A stretch of DNA of 63,401 bases, counting the filler, from Octopus bimaculoides (Eukaryota), in assembly GCF_001194135.2 (NCBI RefSeq). It is 6 parts of 6 records of this genome, joined end to end, with 100 filler letters (N's around TTAATTAATTAA, not from the genome) between each part and the next. Parts side by side here need not be neighbours in the genome. Positions count along the whole stretch, not along the records: positions 52,388 to 62,154 come from NC_068982.1; positions 62,255 to 63,401 come from NC_068989.1; 4 more parts are not named here. One strand, written 5' to 3'. Each line of letters starts with the position of its first letter. The first letter of the stretch is position 1. The position numbers were made by a program, and so were the translations under genes. Shown piece by piece: positions 53,636 through 63,401 of this stretch. The notes below the pieces were generated by a model, which was not told the origin of the DNA, did not search any database, and saw nothing but the letters and a program-made list of their open reading frames with translations.

Positions 53636-54816
53636 CAAAGAATATATATACATGTATACACACATATATGTACATACTTACATCTACATGTGTATATACA
53701 TGCATATCAGGGTACAGGACGTTAGAACAATAAACTACAGACAACGGAACGAACACATAGGAAAACGGAAAGCCCCTTGGAATATCCCTTCATCAGCTGT
53801 CTCTATTCTATCTAGACGTTTCGAAGACCAGATATATATATATATGTGTGTGTATATAAACTTTCGAAAATCACGTCACAGACAATTTTCAAACAACTTC
53901 ATGATATGAAATAAAAAATCTTATAATGCTTCGCTATCTCCTCTCCCTCTGTCTATCTATTATATATTTTTTTCTTACATACACTCATTATATATTTTTC
54001 TTAACAACTACTGTATTGTAACTCTCTCGCATTGATCTCGTTTCAACGCAGAGTCTACTCATTTTTATTTCATATTGCTTTAAACAGAGACATTGGTGCA
54101 AACGATAGAATGCACTATTTGATATTCGAAGCCCTGTTTTCCGCCGTGTGGTGCCAGGTTAAATGAGGCGTAATTTCTACTCAGAATACAAAAAATTGGA
54201 CCTCATACTGCTAGGCATCTTGTCCGATGCACTCAAAACATTCTGTCACTCAACCGCCACAGAGTGTAATTTTACTTATCGACATTATGAAAATGGCAAA
54301 AATGATCTCGGTGTAAAGCGAAGTCCAGACTCAGAGAGTAAAAGAAAGAATACCATAAATGAAGCTAAGCAACACTTTCTTTTCCAATTCGATGTCTCTT
54401 TCTGAAAAAAATTTCCTTTTGTCATGTATACGCTGTCTAAAGGAAGTTCTTTTTATTCTTGATGTAAGTTGTAGTAAAGAATTTAATTTCTGGGTGGGTA
54501 AACTGGGTAAACTATGATTAACTATTGTTAATCTGAATTTAAATAACAACATTGCTGTTACAACAAAAGCTAATACATGATAGATAGTTAGATTCTAGGT
54601 TTATAAGTCACATTGTACAATGGTGTGTAAGTTAAAACTTTTTCTTTACAGTTAGCCTTATAAGCAATATACAGTCATTTGTTCGTCCATAAGAATGGCG
54701 TTTGTCTTTCAAAAACTCTGAATTATTAAGAAAACTTCAACTTCCGTTGTGATAGGACATCTTCATCAGACATAAGACACTGACTTTGTGATTAATAGCT
54801 TTTGAATGATTGTCAG

Positions 54817-54880
<64 letters not shown>

Positions 54881-56672
54881 TGCGGAATAGTTTTATAAGA
54901 CATCCATTTGATATCTATATCTATATATATATATATATACGCATGTGTATGTGCATGTGTGTATCTGTGCATATGCGTACATATGTATATGTGTATGAGT
55001 GTTCGTGTCTGCGTGTGTTTGCGTGTCCGTGTGTGCATGTGTGTTTGTGTATGTGTGTGTGGTTGTGTCTTCAAATCTATCTTAAATAAACTTATAGGAA
55101 ATTAAAATTCTTAGTTCATCGTAACAAACATTAAATTTACTAAAGAAACAGAAAAATTTATTCGCAAAATGCAGTCTACTAGAAAATAATAGGGGCATTC
55201 AAGCGTATAAGATATCCTCGACATTATACTGCTAATACACTTCTGTACCAAAGATGGTTGCTATTGTTGTTTAGCCCGTGGTGAACTCTGACCGAGCAGA
55301 CATAGGATCAAACACATTTTTGCAATGAAGACCTGAACTCTTTATTGGGAAAGTGTATTTAGACCCACGTTTTTTAATGTATCCCTTCCACCAGTACTAG
55401 AAAACTGAAGAGAGGTTGGGCAACAACTTGTGACAGGTCAACCGAGTAGAAATGAGTAGACCTTGTAATAAAACTGTAAATTTCAGATGATTATTGTCAA
55501 ATAATTACATAGTCAAATCTACACACAGAAAGGAAGGTTTATGTTTAAAATTATAGCATAATTTTTTATGAAACAAAATCAAAGAATATTAGATTTATAC
55601 TTTGATTATTCTGACCAAATAACATTTTACAAAATATTACAGTGACTACATATCTCAGGTAGATAAGATATGATTCGATGAAATGTCATAAAGTTCCTGA
55701 TTTAAAATTGAATTACTCGGTTGTTTTAACAGATATCTACATGATTTAAAATCTGAAATGCACACTTCAGTTGTTGTCTTTAAAAGCCATATTATTGGCT
55801 TTTCATATGTCTAATCTTAAGTGGAAGTCTATCTCCATTCTACTCAAGTTTATCATATAAAATATTGTCTATCTATATTGCAAAACTTAACTTTGGTATT
55901 CAAAATAATCATTAGAAAGCTTCAATAAAAGTTAATAAAGTGTAACGAAATTAGCTATTCAAATTTTCTCGTTTCAATAAGTTATATTTCTTGAATTATA
56001 TTATGTTATTTATTGCTATATTTTCGACTATCCGGAAAAAACACCTCTCAATATTAAATGTTAATGCACTGTGATATTTTATAAACATTCACTTCACATC
56101 TGTAAAGGTAATCGATTTTTCTTTGAATTATGAGTGCAAAATATATTCCTAAAGTAAAAGTGGATCGATATATATTTTTGCTCCGATAAACAATGGTGAA
56201 CTTTTGCAAAAGCTTCATTAATTCAGCCGCTGAATGCTACTGCTATTTTTCTATTTTTTCTTACGTCTTTACTAATTGACACCATTGCAGCTGATTCAGA
56301 AAATTTTCCCCTTCATTTACTCTTGTTGTTTTTCGCTTAATTAATTATTTATTTTCTATTTCCTTGGCATTTAACTTTGCCACTTATCTCCAATTTTCTA
56401 TTTCAAAAGTATATATGATATCAAAATCTATTATGGAAACTAAAATCAATTGTTTTCTTTGTGGTGGAATTCACGTCATTTTTAGTTTCATCGTTGAGTC
56501 CTTCGAAATATTTATCAAATCGAACATTATACCATATAGTTAATAGTACATATGATAATTATTTCTTTCATCTTGATAAAAATAAACTATTAACTATTGC
56601 ATCTCTTGTTTGTATGTGTGTGTGACCTGTGTGTATGTCCGTATACGCACTGAAATACATACACCTAGAGGC

Positions 56673-57180
56673 TTAGCTGCAAATAATTTCCAGTGTAAAT
56701 AACAAACATCTCTTAGCAGAAACGTTAAGATTAGCCCTAATGGATCTGCTACAGCTGACTGATAGAACGAGTTGTTGCTTTGTCTTCTTGCAATAAACTC
56801 TGATTGTTATTCCCGTAACCAAATTCCATGATGCTACAGTGTAAATGAGCCCTAAATTATGTTGCATAAAATAAACATGGTTTATTTGTTACTTTATCGT
56901 CAAGAAACACAAAGATGAATGAATAGTCTGTTTATTGACAGAGATATAGAAGAATTATGAAAGGTTATGAAATAGGAAATTAATTAGAATTTAATTGTAT
57001 AAATGTAAATTTTTAGAGTAAATAACTAAATATTCATTATTTACATTAGACGGATATCTGTCCTCATCTTGTTTCTTGTTAATACAACGTTTCGGCTGAT
57101 ATACCCTCCAGCCTTCATCGGGTGTCTTGGAGAAATTTCAAACCTGGGTTCTCATTCCTAAGGTATTTTTCGATGGTCTT

Positions 57181-57211
<31 letters not shown>

Positions 57212-57355
57212 TTCAGGTCACTGCCTGGAATCGAACTCGGAATCTTGGGGTTAGTAGCATAATGTTCTTAATCACTATGCCATATGCCCATGGTTAAGAG
57301 CGCGGGTTGCTAACCCCAAGATTCCGAGTTCAATTCCAGGCAGTGACCTGAATAA

Positions 57356-57396
<41 letters not shown>

Positions 57397-57717
57397 CATC
57401 GAAAAATACCTTAGGAATGAGAACACAGGTTCGAAATTTCCTCAAGACACCTGATGAAGGCTGAAGGGTATATCAGCCTAAACGTTGCTTTAACAACAGT
57501 CAAGATGAGGACAAATATTCGTCAAATGTAAATAATGTAAATAATGTACATAATTCCTCATCTCTTAAATATAGAACTGAACTAAATATTCGTTTTCCTT
57601 TTGCGCTTGCTTATCTCCTTTGTACGTAAAGAATATATACGCACCTAATAAACACACCGCTGTTATGAGGACATCCGCCATAATGAAGACAATTCAAGCA
57701 CATGATGGGCATGGCAT
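56673..57717 (-). CDS. Candidate two-exon small secreted protein (71 aa), unverified
   Basis: Exon 57717-57645 (ttcag| ... |gtgcgt; ATG 57681) spliced to 56851-56673 (tttag|) gives MADVLITAVCLLGLIYTVAS-WNLVTG...IICS-stop, with a signal-peptide-like N-terminus spanning the phase-1 junction. Confidence 0.35.
57035..57580. mobile_element. Fold-back non-autonomous retroelement: two divergent units of tRNA-like Pol III head + microsatellite + hammerhead-like motif
   Basis: 57035-57285 is the near reverse complement of 57290-57537. B box GAGTTCAATTCC at 57326-37, mirrored on the minus arm. HHR-like motifs at 57443-57491 (+; CUGAUGA...UAAAC-GUU) and 57128-57081 (-; CCGAUGA...GAAAC-GUU). Confidence 0.75.
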
Positions 57718-58332
57718 CTGAAATGAACAAACAAATGGTTGTCATGGGAGAACAAAAGAATATTGTGTGCGTGTGCATACAGCTCACCTTTAAAGATGAT
57801 AAACCACTACTAAAATGGCAAATATCAAAAGAAAAGGCCAAGAACGGAAATATTTATTCACCTTCTGTGTCTAATAAATCATGTTTATTTTTATGACATT
57901 TGGATGAATTTTGTCTATTTTTATAACGGTTCAATGAGATTTGGGCGAAATTTAGCTGCAATTACTAGCATTGTAATGCCATTTTCATCGTCTCGTCTCT
58001 TTCATCTGAGCTACAAAAATATCTTCTACAGAAGTCCGGCATCTTCCAAAGCAAAAAAAACAAAACAAAAAAAAAATACTTACAGAAGCAAAACTCTTTA
58101 AAATAATATCCAGACTCTTTTGTAATGACGATGTTCTTTATTCTTATTCCTATTCATTATTCGCTATTCTTCCTTTTATGTAAATATTGCTAGCCCTTAC
58201 TCCTTATTCTTACAATCTTACTACAGGTTATAAATATTTTAACAATTTTTGTCCTTTTCTTCCTTAGCAATATTTATAATACTGCATACTAATATTTGAT
58301 ATTACATTCACGCCAACGCACACACACACAAT

Positions 58333-58380
<48 letters not shown>

Positions 58381-58800
58381 GTACACATACACACTTGAAG
58401 AATGCGAATGCATGTATCTATCAAGTAAACATATGATTTACATATATACGTATAAGTTTGTAAATATGTCAATATGTGTACGTGTATATATATATATATA
58501 TATATCGCACGCACACATACGTATCTCTCTCTCTTGTACTCTCCTGTCTTAGAAAGAACTTTTTCTCCACCCTTTCCCTTCCAGTCATTCCACAATGTAA
58601 CCTCGTGCATATCGTTGGCGATTTTTTCTTCCTCCGTCTTCCCTTCTTTGGACTTACCTATATTTCCGACGAAGAGCTCCGCTCGAAACGTCAAATTCTC
58701 TTTCTTTCCTTTTCTGAGCGTCCAGTAACACAATATCTGTATCACGTCCTCACGTTGTTGATTTTTGTTGTTTTATTTTGTAGTTTTTCTTGTTTGAACA

Positions 58801-58850
<50 letters not shown>

Positions 58851-59058
58851 NNNNNNNNNNNNNNNNNNNNNNNNNNNNNNNNNNNNNNNNNNNNNNNNNN
58901 NNNNNNNNNNNNNNNNNNNNNNNNNNNNNNNNNNNNNNNNNNNNNNNNNNNNNNNNNNNNNNNNNNNNNNNNNNNNNNNNNNNNNNNNNNNNNNNNNNNN
59001 NNNNNNNNNNNNNNNNNNNNNNNNNNNNNNNNNNNNNNNNNNNNNNNNNNNNNNNNNN

Positions 59059-59122
<64 letters not shown>

Positions 59123-61157
59123 TGTGTGCGTATGTGTATGTGTGTGTGTGTGTGATTGTATAATCATTCATATATATAAACTAAACATTCACAATAATAC
59201 TACTTACGAGGGAAAGAAACAATACCATTAAGTAAAGTGTTGATTTAATTTATTCGACTGAAACTAGTGTCAGAAACGTTTAAACAATTTTACAAATTAT
59301 ACGAAACATTAAATTTAGAATGAGACAGTTTTTTTATAGGAAAAGGAAGAATGTGCTTAGGAGAACATCTACTTCTCTGCAGGGTACTTGTTCTCAATGC
59401 CGATTTATTTTACCTATACTGCGTATTCTTTTTATTTCCCAGCAACCAGTCCTCTCATGCAAATACACACATCTATATATACTGGCACATACTGACACTA
59501 CTGCATCGTCCTGCTCCCAATACGGCACATACATTCTGTTGCACCCACACAAGTGCCTATTCATGCTCTTCAACACACATCGCCATTACTCTTGCGTACA
59601 CTTCTTTCTTCTTTCTGCACATGACTGATGTTTCTGACAACCTCGAATCTCTACTGCCTCTGCTCAGAAACGTCATAACTACCTACTTACGCCCTTCACC
59701 CAGTCTTACCGGGAATCTTACGCAGCTACACATCGCCTTCCATCTTATTTTCTCTGTCTTGATAAAGGGCACTTTCCCTGAACATTGATTTATTTTTCTA
59801 TTTCTCAATGCAATATACGTTGATTCTGCATTTACTTTTAATGATTTTAATTTCTTTTTCCATATTATATATATGAGCGTGTTTATTATGAATGTTACAC
59901 TGTGTTACACTGAGCACATATATGTGTGTCTGAGTGGATGTGCATATATATATGTTTGTGTTTATCTGAGTGCGCTTTTGTATGCGTGAAGTAAAAGGGA
60001 AGACGAATTAAAGAGGGACAGAGAAAAAGAAGTAAAAAGAGAAAGAAAAGGCGAGAGAGAAGGAAAAATAGAAAGATAGTAATCAATGTAACATGCTGAT
60101 AATTTTATATAATAATGTTAGAAATTTTCATTATAAAATTCTCACATTTACTCCTATAAATATAAACATCAATCAATCGAGCTGTTAAATTTGCACGCAT
60201 TAAGACTGGCAAGTATATATCGAAAGTGTCAAAAGTATTTGTCAATAATGATTTGCAACTCAGGTAGAAGGTTTACAGGGATATGTATAATCAATTAGGT
60301 CGATCCTTGTACTTGATTGACAAAGATAATATTTTTGTCCTGTTTTGTTGTAGTTAACTGTAAGCTGCAGCCTTCCTCTTGATTTTACTGCATATAGAAT
60401 CGTGATGACAAAATTGTCAGATTTTCACCCTTGAAAATCAAATATAAACCATTGCAAAAAAAAACTCAATTCTGCTAGAATTTTATGCAATTAATTTATC
60501 AGAAATATAAAATGTGTCCATAAGTGCCAATGTTTTTCTCTCTCCCTCTGTATATATATATATATNNNNNNNNNNNNNNNNNNNNNNNNNNNNNNNNNNN
60601 NNNNNNNNNNNNNNNNNNNNNNNNNNNNNNNNNNNNNNNNNNNNNNNNNNNNNNNNNNNNNNNNNNNNNNNNNNNNNNNNNNNNNNNNNNNNNNNNNNNN
60701 NNNNNNNNNNNNNNNNNNNNNNNNNNNNNNNNNNNNNNNNNNNNNNNNNNNNNNNNNNNNNNNNNNNNNNNNNNNNNNNNNNNNNNNNNNNNNNNNNNNN
60801 NNNNNNNNNNNNNNNNNNNNNNNNNNNNNNNNNNNNNNNNNNNNNNNNNNNNNNNNNNNNNNNNNNNNNNNNNNNNNNNNNNNNNNNNNNNNNNNNNNNN
60901 NNNNNNNNNNNNNNNNNNNNNNNNNNNNNNNNNNNNNNNNNNNNNNNAACGTTCCAATAGGAACGCAAAGTCAAAATTTTAAAAGATTATGGAAAACAAT
61001 AATAATAAAATTGATATAAATTAATAAGAGGATTTTCTAATAAATGGAACGGAATTTTAGTAATATAATTAAAAAGTAGCTAGTTCGTATTATTAGTAGA
61101 AAAGAGATATATTTATTACAAAAATCTAGAAAATAAAAGATCGTAAACATAGCGACA

Positions 61158-61231
<74 letters not shown>

Positions 61232-61884
61232 TAATAATAATAACAATAACAAACTAAAACTAAATAGAAGTATTTAGAGACAATATTCATGAAATATAGG
61301 GATTAATGTCAACAAGAAAATATGAACGATAGCAAATTTTAAAAAATAGAAATTTGAAGGTATAAGTAAATATTTAAAAAATATCATAGGAAGCATTGAA
61401 GACAATGAGAACAAAATCAGCGTAAATCAATGAAACAATCTTCCAAATTGAGAAGGGAGATCCATCAAGATTTCAAGAAATAATTATTATATAGTTTTAG
61501 TATAAAGAGAGAAAATTCATATACTTATGGATACAGAGTTTATAGAATACAAAGTTTGATATCAACAAGAAAAATATTAAATTAAAGATTAAAGGTTGAA
61601 ATATATAAGTAAATAGCGAATAGGTTATAATGTAGTATAAGATAAATATGATTTATACAGTTCTATAAATATCCGTCAAATGTAAATAATGTAAATCATG
61701 TAAATATGATTTAGTATTGTAGTTTAGGATAGATTAAAGTATATGGTATAAGCATATGGAAAAATATTTACATGCACTCATTAAATATTCTTTAAAATAC
61801 ATAATTATAGTAATAAAACAGGTAGATATACTAAAAAATAACTTTATACCTAGGCGCAAGAGTTGCTGTGTGGTAAGTAGCTTG

Positions 61885-62005
61885 CTTACTTCCGGTTTGC
61901 TCACTGCGCATGTGCATCAGACTGGCTACTTGCCGTTAACGAAGATAGACATGGGTTTCGGCTCTGTCTAAAGAAAGAAAAATTGAAGAATTCGCCGGGG
62001 TAAGT
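61885..62005 (+). promoter_or_regulatory. Possible CpG-rich promoter / non-coding first exon
   Basis: ETS-like ACTTCCGG 61888-95, NRF1-like TGCGCATGTGCA 61905-16, strong donor GGG|GTAAGT at 62000; locally elevated CpG. Confidence 0.3.
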
Positions 62006-62254
62006 CGTTTTTGTTGCTCAGCTGGGCAGCAATTTATTGCTTCTATTTATTTTTTTAGTAAATTGTTGTCCAGCGGTGTGGCATCTTCGCTTTCCTGGGC
62101 GAGTCTTTTGTGTGTTCGTTGTACGAACAAATTTTGTTTGTGGGAGGCGGGTTCNNNNNNNNNNNNNNNNNNNNNNNNNNNNNNNNNNNNNNNNNNNNTT
62201 AATTAATTAANNNNNNNNNNNNNNNNNNNNNNNNNNNNNNNNNNNNNNNNNNNN

Positions 62255-62558
62255 TCATGTGTCGCCCGCACATGAGCCAGTCCAGGGGCACTGGCAACGA
62301 TCCCGCTCGAAACATTTCATGTGTCACCCGCACAACAGCCAGTCCAGGGGCATTGGCAACGGTCTCGATCGAAAGATATCATGTGTCGCCCGCACATGAG
62401 CCAGTCCAGGGGCACTGGCAACGATGTCGCTCGAAAGATATCATGTGTCGCCCGCACATGAGCCAGTCCGGGGTCACCGGCAACGACTTCGCTCGAAAAA
62501 CCTCATGTGTCACCCGCAAGCCGGCCCAGGGGCACCAGCAATGATCTCGCTCAAAAAA
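62255..62558. repeat. GC-rich 62-bp tandem repeat, about 5 copies
   Basis: Units start at 62255, 62317, 62379, 62441, 62503 (TCATGTGTCGCCCGCACATGAGCCAGTCCAGGGGCACTGGCAACG...GCTCGAAA). The array is truncated by the contig start. Confidence 0.95.
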
Positions 62559-63261
62559 TATACACATACATATATATATACATATATATATACATACATA
62601 TATGTATGTATATATAAATAATTTGGAAAAACAAATTTCAAAATCAATTCAGCATTATATGCATCTACATATCGTACTTTGGGGCCTTATTTATCGTATA
62701 TTTATATATTTATCTATAAATATACAAAGTATCTAATAAAAGTCAATATTAATTCAATTTTGGGGGATTAATCGATATGCGGGTATTCTATTTCAGACAA
62801 TACAAAGCACAAGCATGATTGCATGTGTATGTGTATACATGTGTATTCATGCATATATTTATGTCTTAAAAATATATGCCTATATACGTATATTGTCTGT
62901 ACGTATGCATCTGTGTATTTTGAGGTATATATGTATGTTGTAGATAGTCTAGTATGCGTATATACTGTTGTAATTTTATTTATTTATTTTATTTATTTTT
63001 AATGCAGCGTAAATTTTATTTTTATTTTAATGTGTTAATTCGAATATAATTATTTACAATATGCATTTTGAACCCACTTTTCAATTTAAGGTTTTCTTTG
63101 ATTTTTTAAAAATAGGATGAATCTATATTGAATTCATTTGTTTTGTTTATTTTGTTCATTGCACACCCAAGACCGTTATTTGAAACGACCAATGAAAAAA
63201 CAGATCCATGTGTTTTAATTTTATATTAGTTTTGATTGCATCGTCATTTCTTTCCCATTTC

Positions 63262-63317
63262 TAACAAAACTGTCCGATGAAAGGGAACATGAAACTCCGA
63301 GTAACAGTTTTTTGTTA
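63262..63317 (+). ncRNA. Degenerate type I hammerhead-like motif
   Basis: Helix I AAAACUGU/ACAGUUUU (8 bp) plus UAAC/GUUA; core CCGAUGA (U4>C) 63274-80; GAAAC 63291-95; near-palindromic helix III ACUC-C-GAGU; GUA triplet; helix II poorly paired. Confidence 0.6.
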
Positions 63318-63341
63318 TATTTCTGCTGCTTTTAAATAAAG

Positions 63342-63377
<36 letters not shown>

Positions 63378-63401
63378 CTGGCAACAGCCACGCTCAAAAT
63401 G

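Noticed and set aside
53785-53825. GAAAC-GUC...CUGAUGA on the minus strand (type II-like hammerhead order)
   Set aside because: Both core halves are present but helices I and II do not pair convincingly; at best a decayed remnant.
57211-57350. Functional tRNA gene
   Set aside because: A/B boxes are present but there is no complete acceptor stem, and the heads are part of the palindromic repeat.
59622-59675. CUGAUG...GAAACGUC
   Set aside because: A9 is missing and the two halves pair with each other as a 12-bp hairpin, not an HHR.
60950-61760. A-rich strand-biased segment suggesting a decayed retroelement ORF
   Set aside because: No diagnostic motif could be recovered.
62255-62558. CRISPR-like array
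   Set aside because: Contiguous similar units with no unique spacers, in a eukaryotic TE context.

Overview
AT-rich, microsatellite- and SINE-saturated metazoan DNA. The repeat landscape suggests an octopod cephalopod (inference). The window is six contigs joined by five identical 100-nt artificial linkers (N44-TTAATTAATTAA-N44), so adjacency across linkers is not guaranteed. The two securely identified genes lie convergently on one contig (24222-44604). One is a Cdc25 M-phase inducer phosphatase (+, 11 GT-AG exons, 24781-35472, 424 aa, intact HCEFSSER loop, 5' exon(s) not found). The other is a clarin-family tetraspan gene (-, last two exons 41441-41256 and 40028-39763, exon 1 not found). 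Mobile DNA includes a decayed hAT (Buster/Charlie-type) transposase, two Tc1/mariner deletion derivatives with TA-flanked TIRs, several TTAA-flanked piggyBac-type MITEs, a Merlin/IS1595-like fragment, RTE and R4/Dong-type LINE fragments, a decayed Penelope-like element (RT + GIY-YIG) and at least three SINE families. The most striking signal is a set of type I hammerhead ribozyme (HHR) motifs in four unrelated sequence contexts. One has a perfect core (40181-40269, + strand, downstream of Cdc25 and antisense within the clarin intron). Two are in fold-back elements, one of which is coupled to divergent tRNA-like Pol III promoters (57035-57580). One degenerate copy lies at 63262-63317. All folds and translations were done by eye; no searches were run.
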